Below are positions 11,536 to 23,101 of a stretch of 64,000 nt of DNA, piece after piece. Where the stretch lies: positions 163,060,001 to 163,124,000 of the forward strand of contig NC_042998.1 in NCBI RefSeq assembly GCF_006345805.1, read 5' to 3'. The first letter of the stretch is position 1. Every line of letters starts with the position of its first letter. This DNA comes from Octopus sinensis (lineage: Eukaryota). The position numbers were made by a program, and so were the translations under genes. The notes below the pieces were generated by a model. It was given only the letters and a program-made list of their open reading frames with translations. It searched no databases and was not told the DNA's origin.

Positions 11536-12346
11536 TAAGTCAAGCTATTTGTCAATCACGTACATGAAATCACTGAAGAAATCATTTTACCAGACGACAT
11601 GAGACTAAGAGTAGTGGTGGAAGGCAGACCATGAACATGTTATCTGTGTGGTCAAAAGGGGAACATGAAAGCAAGGTGCCTCCTGAAGGAAAATAAAGAG
11701 GAAGAGCAGAAGCAACAGTGTGAAGAACAAGAGTGCCAAAGTGGCGGTGCCAGAAGGAGAGAAGAACAGAGAGGAGGAATTATTCACCGTTGTGAATTGG
11801 AGAAAAAGGAAAGAGTATGTGAGCTCTCCACCAGAGAGTCAAAAAAAGAAGAAGGAGATAGAGTTGGAAGTGGTAAGGAGCTGGTTCGATACACCAACAG
11901 CACTAAAATTACCAACAGAAGGCAACAAGGAAGCAGGAACATCACTGCAACTCGAAGCGGAAGACATAGATGTAGAAGAAATTTTTGGTACACTGGCAGA
12001 AGAAATAAAAGAAAGACTTGCTCGGACAGCCCAGGTCCATCACTGAAACAAACAGGTAAAACAGAGGAAGAACAAGTGGCATATAGTCACATATGTCAAA
12101 ATTACTGAAATTGAAAGAAGGATAAAAAAATTCAAATCGGTCATAAGAGTTAAGTTGCCACCAGTGAAATATTCAGAATGCATTAAAGGAAAAATAATCA
12201 ACAAAGAAGGATACAGAAAACTAAAAGAAATGTCCAGGAGTAATATAGACCTTTTGGGGGTTGAGATAAAATTTGATGAATTACCACCAGTCATGGAGGA
12301 CGAGGATTTGAAACCCTACATGAACTGTTTAAAAAAATGTAAATAA
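11536..12346 (+). pseudogene. Retroelement ORF1/gag-like relic with a zinc knuckle
   Basis: LRVVVEGRP*TCYLCGQKGNMKARC (CX2CX4[H>N]X4C, 11638-11679) followed by broken K/E-rich frames. Confidence 0.6.
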
Positions 12347-12747
12347 AAATTTATTTGGAGAAAAAGAAAAAAGAAACATAGACTTTTAAAAAGAAAAAAT
12401 GATGTTAAAAGAAAAAAAAGAAAAGAAATCTTTTTAAAACTATATGATTTAACAGTAAAATGGTACTGCTTGAGGAGTGGGGCTCAATGCAGCCATTGCA
12501 TTATTATTCATTTATCATCATTTTATACATTTTTCATTCGTTTTATGTTTTTGCCCCCACTGTGGTGTTGTCTGTCCTTGTGTTGTCCTCTCTTTGTTAG
12601 GGCCATAGTGCCTAATAAAAAAATCAGTCAGTCAGCGAGACAAGCTGTTCAACCCAGTCCCACAGAGATGACAAAATACATTGTCATAATGCAGGATATA
12701 ACTATTGTATAAAGCAATTGTTGTCAGCCAGGGTTCATATGGTCATT

Positions 12748-12850
12748 GAGGATCCGTATAGCAGAAGACACTTGCCCAAGGACACAGTGGGACTGAACCT
12801 GGAACTATGTAGTTGAGAAGCAGGCTTCTTACCACACAACCATGCCTGCA
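12748..12850 (-). mobile_element. SINE family A head fragment
   Basis: Matches the family A 5' end. Confidence 0.7.
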
Positions 12851-13789
12851 CCTACACACAAAATATTTTGATAATTCTTTTTATACAATTCCTAGTAATA
12901 TTTTATTACAAAAATATATGAATTTTTAAACATTGAATGGCTAAGAGGGCTCATCTGAGAAAAATAGGAATCAAAGGACCCACAGGTAAAAAATGGTTGG
13001 GAAACACAGGTATAAAGCAACTAACCAACTAAAAAGTCAACCGAACAATCAACCTGGACAGCTTCTAACCAGCCAACCTATATATATAAACAAGCATCTA
13101 ACCTTGCTAGCCAAACAACCAATCAACCAATCCACTAAACAACCAACTTAAAATGTAAGCAATCAACAACTAATTAACTAACAAGCCAAACAACTTAGAC
13201 ATTCCTCAATAAGCCAACCAATATTGACTACACAAGCAAATAATCTTACCAACCATCTAGCCAGCCAACCAACCAACCATCTAGCCCACCAACCAACCAA
13301 CCAACCAACTAAATAATCACCCTGAAAAATTAAGAAATCAGCATTAAGTATCTTGGTAATTAGTCTAGACAACCTATCACTTAAACACTGTTGTGTCATA
13401 ATAACAGAATGGACAGTGAAAGGAAAACAATATTTTCTGATAGACACAGATAGAATTCCATTCCATCAGAGAACCTCTGTGTGGTCAATTGGCTTGTTGG
13501 AAATAGCTGCTAGATTTCCTGTTGTATTAAAAAGGTAAAAAATATATTAGGTAATGTTGTCCAAAATCTACAAAAAGACAGCTGGAATGAGGGTTCTCTG
13601 TTCATTCAGAAATTATATGGCATTTTCATCACTCATAATCAGCTGATGAAGAAATTTGTTATCATCACCAGCCAGCCCCTGGATCTGGACCAAGTAAGTT
13701 AAGCATTTTTGGTATCTGTCAGTCGCAGATTCTTTTCCAATTGCACTTTGTCTGGGTACAGGTGAAAATCATATCTTAGTATATGATGC

Positions 13790-14110
13790 AAGGTTAGAAT
13801 GTCGAGCTCACGATCATAAGGTAGTGAGTTCAATTCTCAGATCGGGCTGTGAGTTGTGTTCTTGAGTGAGATACTTTATTTCATGTTGCTCCACTTCACT
13901 CAGCTGTAGAAATGAGTTGCATCATCACTGGAGCCAACCCCTATTGGCCTTTGCCTTTCCCTTGGATAACATCAGTGATATGGAGAGGGGAGGCTGGTAT
14001 GCATGGGTGACCACTGGTCTTCCATTAACATCTTTGCCTGGGCTTGTGCCTTGGAGGGAAACTTTCTAGGTGCTATCCCATGATCATCCATGACTGAAAG
14101 GAGTCTTTAC
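13790..14110 (+). mobile_element. tRNA-derived SINE family C
   Basis: Second copy at 30661-31000 and partial at 19185-19262; tRNA-like head with B-box gttcaattc. Confidence 0.75.
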
Positions 14111-14125
14111 TCTTTATCCTATAAC

Positions 14126-14353
14126 TTAACTCTTCTGCATTTGGATAACTCGGTCAAATGTAATTTTTTATTTATTCACATTGTTTTGAATTAATCCTGC
14201 ATTATCTTGTAGTCCTGATACTTTGATGATGTGACTGCTTTTTTTAGAATGACATTGTGGGATCGGTATGAGAGGCTGGATCTAACCAGTTTGAACATAA
14301 AACAGGTAGAATATTTTGGTCTGATATGGTCGGTTTAAATACTAAAGGGTTAA
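14126..14353. mobile_element. TTAA-flanked MITE (piggyBac-like ends)
   Basis: ttaa|ctcttctgca...ctaaaggg|ttaa; related copies at ~33082-33260 and ~52570-52755. Confidence 0.6.
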
Positions 14354-14789
14354 AAGTGTTAACTATGAAATTTCTTATTGCCTTGACATAGACAAGTCAG
14401 TCCAATTTTAAACTTGTTTAAGATGTTCTGTGAAGCTGTCATTATACATCGTAAACAGTTATTACAAGCGTATACAACTAGTACCCTGTGGTCACTGTAA
14501 ATTAAATGTGCATGATGGGGCCTTCAATTAAATGTGTATCATGGGTGCTGTAATAATGATGACAGAAATTGTATAGCAGGGAGCCCTCTAATGGAATTAA
14601 TAGATAGCTATTAAATAGATTGTCTCGTTCAATGTCACTGCTTGTTACTATAAACATTAATGTGTTTTCAAAGTCTAACAAATAAAGTATTGATCTTTTT
14701 ATTATTATTATTATTATTATTATTTGATCTCATTCACTCGTAAGTCAAAGAACAAATTCTCCTCTTACAACCTACAAATATTAAATTAT

Positions 14790-15725
14790 ATTATTATTAC
14801 TATTATTTTCATTAGCATCTTCTTTCAATTCTGTTTCCATTTTTTGCAGAGTGTCTTCTTGACACCTAGGGCAGAGAAACGTACTGTATACATTGGTAGG
14901 CCATTAAAATAAACACATCAGGTTGTTTATTTACAAAGTCCTGTGATAGAGAAAAAAGGGAAGACAGAGGAAAAGGAAAAAATAAGAAATAAAAGCTTAA
15001 GAAAATAAAATAGAGGGAGTAAAAAGGAAAGAAAATTCACAGCAACAAATCTCATCTCAAATACGTGTGGCGTACCAGTTAAAACAATCTTTTGCACTTC
15101 CTGCTTGGATGGTAAGCCAGGAATCATTCTTAAATAATTTTCAGTCCCTTTTTTTATCATTTCAAGTGATCCTATAATCACTGGTATTGTAAAGATGTGG
15201 CATCTTCAGATGATATATCTTTTTGATTTCGATTAGCAAATCTTTCTATTTTCTGAGCTAATCAAATTCTTTTGCTGAGATATTATGGTCACAGGTTATT
15301 CTCATGTCAATCAATAAACAGACTTTCTCAACAATATTTGGTTTATTTGCTTTGATGATTTGGTCTATACATACTGGGAAGTCCAAAAAATAGTTACATT
15401 TTCTCCCTCAGTAACAGTTTCAGCATTGTGCTTGTACCATTGTCAGCAGTTTTGATTATATAATGCCAACACATTATCCAATGTAGATATTGGCCAACTC
15501 TGTCATGTCTTGATTTGTACTCTACAGGTGCTAAAACCTTGCATCCAGATATTAGGTGGTCCACTGGTTTGATCCCATTGTGGAAATATCAGCACTTTGG
15601 CTTTACACCATTTTTCATCACATTGGCTTGATCATTCCAGGTCAATAAGCTCTGATCTTGGGCAGCTAAGATAAAGCCTTCACTCTCTGCCCTTAGCCCT
15701 GAGCTCTGTAGCCACTAATGGGTGT
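14790..15725 (-). mobile_element. R4/Dong-type non-LTR retrotransposon 3' fragment (CCHC + restriction-like endonuclease), degenerate
   Basis: WLQSSGLRAESEGFILAAQDQSL..KC..DHLISGCKVLAPVEYKSRHD..KPNIV..LID..KEFD*LRK*KDL; 3' end abuts (TAA)n. Confidence 0.85.
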
Positions 15726-15954
15726 GTTTCTTGTATACATCAGCTTGTTTGCTACAGGACACATATATGCCGTGCAGAGGTTTTTGTTCCCACTTATCAG
15801 CCAATTATTCAAATGCATTTTGCTTTGTTTTTGATTTCACCTTCTTTGCAACTACAGCTGCTGCACTTCCATCATGCTGTTCAGCCTGGGTATTATACAT
15901 AAACTCACTTGAAAATTTTTTGCTCTCATTATTATTATTATTATTATTATTGAG

Positions 15955-16360
15955 AGAGCAGTGCATGCCATCAAAGTGACACTGGGGTAAAATATACGAA
16001 GCCCAGTATACCCATCATGACTACCCGTCTGACAAGAGTACACCATGCACATGTTGATCTCATATCAAGATTAACAGCACATGACCTTGCAGGTGGGGCC
16101 CAGTTAGAATTTTCTTCAGATCGAGTAGCCTATCCCACTCAAAAGGTCCTTTTATAAGGGCTGTTTGTAGATGTTGTATAAAATACCCATGTTTCCAGAG
16201 GTGAATTATTCAAACCCAAAGAATTCTTCCCAAAACATGGCTATGACATTCTCCCACTACTTCTGCTCATGATCAAAATATCATCAGCCACTCAGGGACA
16301 TGCTCAACTGTTTAAGGCCAAACAATTGACAAGCAAATCTGTGATATTGAGCAGAATGTT
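15955..16360. mobile_element. Probable SINE-like interspersed repeat, unclassified
   Basis: GC-richer non-coding block starting at a (TTA)n run; recognised only by pattern, with no second copy in this window. Confidence 0.35.
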
Positions 16361-16751
16361 TGCTGCAGCTCATCCTTTACACCAACACAAAACATGTACA
16401 TTATAACACTTCCAATCAGTTAAGGTCAGAAGCCATGACAGCCAGTGCCTGGTACCACATCAGGGCATGCTACTGCATCAGTTATTATTATTATTGTTAT
16501 CATTATTTTATGTTTGACGCTTGCTTTGCATTTGTACAAGTTGGCTCCAAGTCTAACCCAGACTCCTCAAGAGACAACAAGTTAGAAGTTCATGTTGGTG
16601 TTATGCCTAGGGTGCCATATATTTGGTTTTGTACATAGTATTGTTCTAGAGAATGTTTAAGAAACCATAAGAAAATTATGTTTGTTTTAAAACTTGATAT
16701 TACATAGTTAGTATTTTATGTAGGATATGAGCAGTTCCCATGAGCATTATC

Positions 16752-16821
<70 letters not shown>
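16752..16821. repeat. (TTA)n microsatellite
   Basis: Directly visible; further tracts at 18421-18572, 18985-19107, 35478-35605, 36315-36520. Confidence 0.95.
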
Positions 16822-17705
16822 TATGGGTTTTTCTTCTTCTTTCAAATTTGCTTCCATTTCTCACCGAGTGTCTTCCCAACTCCTAGGGCAAAGAAACTCA
16901 TAGTATACATTGGTAGGCCATTAAACTAAACTCACTAGTTCGTTCATTTTTTTTTTTGATAGAAATAAAGTTAAATTAAAATACATGGGTAGTAATAGTT
17001 CTCACATCGACAATGCTCTTCTCAATACATGTGATGTACCAGTTAAGACAATCTTTTGCACTTCTTGCAGGGATGGTAAGCCAAGGATCATTCTCATATA
17101 ATTTTCGGTTCCCTTCTTGATCATTCCTAGTGCTCCTATGATCACTGGTATTGTAACTGCCTTGAGATGCCACATTTTTTCAATTTCAATGTGCAGGTCT
17201 TTATATTTTCTGAGCTTGTCAAATTCTTTCGCCGAGATCACAGGGGATGCTCATGTCGATCAATAAGCAAACTTTATTGTTTTGGTCTTTCACAACAATA
17301 TCCGGTTTATTGGCTTTGATGGTTCAGTCTGTATGTACTGGAAAGTCCCACAGAATCATTACATTTTCTCCTTCAGTTACAGCTTTAGGGTGGGGATTAT
17401 ACCACTTGTCGGCAGTTTTGATATTGTAATGCCGACTTATTAGCCAGTGTAGATATTGGCCAATCTGTCATGTCTTAATTTATACTCTACTGGTGCTAAG
17501 ACTTTACATCCAGAGAATAGGTGGTCCACTGTTTCAATCATGTCATTGCAGAATCGGCATTTTGGGTCTGCTCCATTTTTCATCACATTGGTCTGGTAGT
17601 TCCGGGTTAATAGGCTTTGATCTTGAGCAGCCAGGATGAAACCTTCGCTCTCTGCTTTTAGCCTTGAGCTCCGAGACACATCTTGATATTGAACTCTTAC
17701 ACTTC
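16822..17705 (-). mobile_element. R4/Dong-type LINE 3' fragment with zinc finger and RLE domain
   Basis: SSRLKAESEGFILAAQDQSLLTRNYQ..CRFCND..ETVDHLFSGC..RHD; KEFDKLRKYKDLHIEIEKMW..IPVIIGALG. Confidence 0.9.
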
Positions 17706-18066
17706 GTGTACCTCATGAACAGTAAATCGATTTCCATCATTAACTCTATGCTCTGTACCTACTATGTCACACGCTTTCACCCTTATTGTATCTGTCACAC
17801 ACACGAACACACAGACACAAACACGTGTTGCATGCACACACGCACACACGCACTTGCTAGCACTCACAACCTTCTAACCTTAACACCAATTATAAATAAA
17901 ATCTTCTCTTCTCTCAAGCAGTGGAACGGCTTTGTCGTCAATTCACCTATGTTCTTTTCGTACTGCATTGTATTTATGGCTTATAATAATTCGTTAAGAA
18001 TATGACCACATGCGATCGTATTCCCTACACAATGCTACCACGTGCGTTCATATTTCTTACACTTCA
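17706..18066. mobile_element. Unclassified ~350-bp insertion into the R4 element, with an 11-bp target-site duplication
   Basis: tcttacacttc at 17695-17705 and 18056-18066. Confidence 0.55.
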
Positions 18067-18419
18067 CTCATATTCCAGTTCAACACATTGTAGCTATAAG
18101 TAAGAACTGGAACTGCTAAGGAATTTATAGCTAACACCTTGTTACGTGCATTTAGTTCAGATTTCAGGACTGCTCAAACTCTCCTATAACATTCCTTCCT
18201 GATCTTCTCTTTCATGCTTGCATGCTGAATACCAGAGCCTTCATTTATCCCTAAATATTTGTAGGTTTGTTCTTGCTCAAGCTCTCTTATGACTGTGTCA
18301 ACATCTAACACGACTGAATTTGTGGTCTTCACTTTCCCTTTCTGGAAAGTGGCCTTGGCACACTTCTCAAGCCCAAACTCCATCCTGATGTCATCACTGA
18401 ATGCTTTCACAGTGCGCAA

Positions 18420-18420
<1 letters not shown>
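18067..18420 (-). mobile_element. R4/Dong-type RT C-terminal fragment
   Basis: VKAFSDDIRMEFGLEKCAK..YKYLGI..LNARNKVLAINSLAVPVLTYS. Confidence 0.9.
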
Positions 18421-18458
<38 letters not shown>

Positions 18459-18492
18459 CATTATTATTACTATTATTATTATTATTATTATA

Positions 18493-18528
<36 letters not shown>

Positions 18529-18589
18529 GTTGTTGTTGTTGTTATTATAATTATTATTATTATTATTATTATTTTGTTTTTTTATTCCG

Positions 18590-18985
18590 TAGTATTATTT
18601 TTATCACATGCTTTCACTGCTCTACCGAATGCAGCTCTGTGTGCCTTTGGTATGTGCTGTGGTTTGTTGTAGTGCTCTTATTTACTTTGTATTGAAAGTG
18701 TTTTATGTAGGATGTGTGTGGTGTGTATTGTCTGTATGTTATATATACTTGTAAGTCCTGGTATTTTTGTTATGTACTTGTCTGCATGTTTTATTTTTAT
18801 TTTTTTAATCATACCTAATGCACCTACTATGATAAGAATTGTTTCTGTCTTCAGGCTCCAGATTCGAGTTACCTCTATTTCCAGATCTTTGTATTTTGAA
18901 AGTTTCTCCGTTTCTTTTAAAGAAATATTGTCATTTGTTGGTATTGATACATTAATTAAAAAGCATATCTTTTCTTATCTTATTA
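18590..18985 (-). mobile_element. R4/Dong-type RLE 3' fragment of a different subfamily, between two (TTA)n tracts
   Basis: LINVSIPTNDNISLKETEKLSKYKDLEIEVTRIWSLKTETILIIVGALGMI. Confidence 0.8.
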
Positions 18986-19057
18986 TTACTATTATTATTA
19001 TCATCATCATTATTATTGTTGTTGTTGTTGTTGTTGTTGGGATTATTATTATTATTG

Positions 19058-19107
<50 letters not shown>

Positions 19108-20139
19108 TAAAGTGGCGAGCTTGTAGAGTCGTTAGCACATCAGGCAAAATGCTTAGTGACATTTATCTGTCTTTACATTTTGCCTGGACTTGTTCCTTGG
19201 AGGGGAACTTTCTAGGTGCAATCCCAGGGTCATTCATGACTAAAGTGGTGTTTTTGCCCTTTACGCATTTACACATTCACACATTTACACATACATATAC
19301 ACACACTTCCATTGTAACAGTTGAGCCAACATTGATGCCTCTATGTGGTTGTTTGACCTGATAGAAATGACAGCTAAGTCTGTCTCTTACCATGCTTTCA
19401 AATTTGAGAATAGAGCACATAGCTTGGATAAAGTAGTCTTGGGTGTATGTACTGTGCCTGCAAAACAGATGGGATGGCCATGGCTGGAATGCTTTTAATA
19501 AAAGTAGGCTTAATCAAGGCTGATCTAAGTCTAACCAAAACCACACACACACACACTTACATACTCAAAAAACTACCTGCACATTTACATACATCACACA
19601 CACTAATACACAAACATACACACATTCACATATTTATAGAGACACACACACTCACACATAGTGATGTACATACACAGGCACATATTCACAAAACAAAAAA
19701 CATGTACATACACAAAATTACAGACACACAGGCACACAGAGAGAGAGAGAGAGAGAGAGAAAGGCACACACACACACACCTACACAATTGAAAATATGCA
19801 TACACATATACACCATATACACGTATTCATACAGACACATATACACACACTTGGATACATGTACATCCACACATATGCATATGTACATCCTTGGAGACAT
19901 GCCCACACACACACATGGACAAGTGCATACACACCCATGCCAACACACAAATACATAGATACAAAGACGTACATTGGCACAAAAAACACATACACATACA
20001 TACGTGCACACATGCAGAAACAGGCATAGAGCCATCCAACCTACCATTCTGTGTGTTAAGTCTCAGATGTACGATTATGATGACTTAAGACTTATAAATA
20101 GGATCTCTTCATAATCTGTATTCCTCTTCTTCCTCTTCT

Positions 20140-20241
20140 CCATGATGATGATCATCATCATTATCAGCAGCATCATTATTGTTGCCATGATCATTACCAT
20201 TGTTCATCATTGTTGCCATCATCATCATAAGCATCACTGTT

Positions 20242-20276
<35 letters not shown>

Positions 20277-20330
20277 AAGCACCATCATTGCCATCAATAT
20301 CGTTGCCATCATCCACCACCACCACCACTA
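20140..20330. repeat. (CAT)n/(CAC)n low-complexity tract
   Basis: Directly visible. Confidence 0.9.
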
Positions 20331-22295
20331 GCACGTCTGTGTTTTGGGTTGGTTTTTTTTTTCCTGTTATGAGTCCTGGTGGACGAAGGATAGACAAGAA
20401 TGGAATGGAAGCTTTGCCTGATTGTGAGGTTGGATTGGGAGGGTGTGAAATATGAATGTAGCCAGTGGTGGTGATGGTCGTGGTGATGGTGGTAATAGTG
20501 CTTATGGTGGTGTTGGTGAAGGTGGTAGCATTGATAGGTGTATGTGTGTGCATGTGTGTGTGTGATACATCTCGGTGCTAAAACGAAACAAAAGAAAAAA
20601 TATGTAGTGGGACCAGTACTTGCTCTTTTATCAAAAGCACAACTCAAGAACAAGCCTATCAGTCCGAAGAGAACGAACATGCTGCTCTCGGGAGACAGCA
20701 AACATACAGTATAATGCATTACCACTGCTACCAAAACCACCGCCACAACCACCACCACCACCACTACTCTCACTACTACCACTGCAACCACAAGGCCAAT
20801 TCCACTTTTAGGTTATTTTAGTAATTGTAATTGTTGTTGATCTTGCTGTTAAAGATTCCTGCAGTGGTATAAAGCAGGCTCTGCAAGGGGATTTGAATGA
20901 ATGATACGGACAATTATAGTTTGTTTCATTTTAGTTGTTGTTGATGATGCTTTTTTTCCTTTTTTGTTTTTTTTTTCCTTTTTGTTGTTGTTGTTATTTG
21001 GCTAAATGTCTGCCTTTGGTAGCAAACTATTAGGGTATTAGAAAGAATACATTGTCCCTACTCTCTGATTGTAGGTTCAAATCCTGTTGAATTCAGCTCT
21101 GTCTTTCAGCCTTTCAGACTTGATAAATAAAATGCCAGACTAGTTTTGGTGTTGATTCATCTCTTTCTCTTGGGTAGACATCTATAATAACAAAATATTT
21201 GGTTGGTTGACAGAACTGTGGAAGTCCAAATATAAATATGACAAGTAAATTTAACTGCCACATCAATATGGCTGTTCGATGTTACTACTGTTTTAACCCC
21301 AGGCAGATCTTCTGCCAGTTAGTTATAGGTGCAGCCTGCACCCTGTACACATTGCTAGAAGGGGAGTGAACTCCCAACATTCTCCAGCAGACGACAGGAT
21401 TGTGAGACCAGTTTGGTTTTGAGCTATTTCAACCCATCCTCAGTTGTGAACACTTGGCTGCTAGAGAGATGGGAAGAATCCACTCCAGCTCACAACATAT
21501 AGAAAATAAAATTTCAAATTTATTATTCTTAATACAAGAATATTGTTGAAATGACTTCAAAGTTTCACCCTGCTAAGCCAGCATCATATTGCAATGCATT
21601 AGAGTTAGTTTTGTCTTTGTATAGTCTCTGTTGGATTAAAAATCATCTTTGAGTCTATGCCTTTGAGTGGGGTGGTAATTAGGTTTTTATGGTCAATTGT
21701 TATGGAAAGGTGTTTTGTTCATGACAGTGAAGAGGACTTCTCAGTAAATTTTTCGAGTTTGACTGTGTCCTACTTAACACTGTTGTATTAATAGACACAT
21801 GGACACATGCACATATGAATATCTTACCCACACCATGCACTAAGTTACAAGCACACACATGCACACACACACACACAAACATGTACATGCAACCACTTCA
21901 ACACTAGCCCACATGAAAATGATTGCACACACACACATACACTGTTAATCTCACTAGCCAAGCGCACTCACACACATACACAGATGCATGTACATATAAG
22001 GACTTATAACACCTTTCTTCCTCCTCATTAATTTTCTCTATCGTTTGTACTCTGTGTAAATTGGACCTATTAATATAAATATATATATATTTATACTTAA
22101 AAATTCATCATCTGAGAGTCTCCACCATTTCTTTTCTCTCATTTTGCATGTATACATATATGCATATTTTGTAGTTCATATCCAGACTATTATATCTAAT
22201 ATATTTAATGTATCTAATTTGTTTATCCACATAATTTCCTTGATATATGTAAACATGTACACTGCATATATATGTAACCTCAACCATATGCACTA

Positions 22296-22331
<36 letters not shown>

Positions 22332-22906
22332 CAACACCAGTATACACTCTTGAATCACTCTCTTGTCATTGAAATCACAATTACCACACACATTTCTGGC
22401 TAATCAGGGATCAAACATGTGAACCTAACCTTTGTGCACTTTTCATCAGGCTCTCTTTTCTATTGTATCTCCTTTCCTCTCTTCTTGATCTGCCTTTTGA
22501 TTTTCCTTTTATATTTAATGAAAGACTGTGCGTGAAATGTTAACAGTTTGCTCTATAACTATATTTCCTTCTCTGAGTGTCAATCTGATATTATTAACTG
22601 TGGATGTGAACATCTCTTTGTTTTTATATGGATTTGCTTTACATAGGAAAAGGCAATAATAAGCAGTAAGCAAGTGTGGTATTCAATGCTTTATAGGACA
22701 TACACGTGTTTCACCAAAATGTAAAAATAATTACATAACGGCACAAGAAACATTATGCAATCATGCACTTTACCTTGTCATTGTCCTGCAATTAATACAA
22801 CAACCAATGTAAAAGCTCCAAATATGTACATTTTTCCAAGTTATGCAAATAGTCAACAACCTCACTTTGTTGTACCCCTTTTTTGATACTTGCTACATAT
22901 ATATAT

Positions 22907-22940
<34 letters not shown>

Positions 22941-23061
22941 GAAAATAGTAAAAAGTGAAACAACTACAGAAGGCTTGTTTTAAAAGTTTAAAAAATATAT
23001 ATTTGAGTTATTATGTCAGAAGAATGTTATAAATTTTTTTCATACAATGACATAGTTTTTG

Positions 23062-23101
23062 AAGAAATGACCGGTTTCGCGTTCAGCTTTTCAAATTTCT
23101 T
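23062..23101 (-). ncRNA. Type I minimal hammerhead ribozyme, U3-A8 core variant
   Basis: AAGAAAU-UUGAAAA-GC(UGAAC)GC-GAA-ACCGGU-C-AUUUCUU: 7-bp stem I, palindromic stem III, GUC site. Confidence 0.7.

Noticed and set aside
13640-13670. CTGATGA motif as a hammerhead
   Set aside because: No stem II, stem III or stem I pairing follows.
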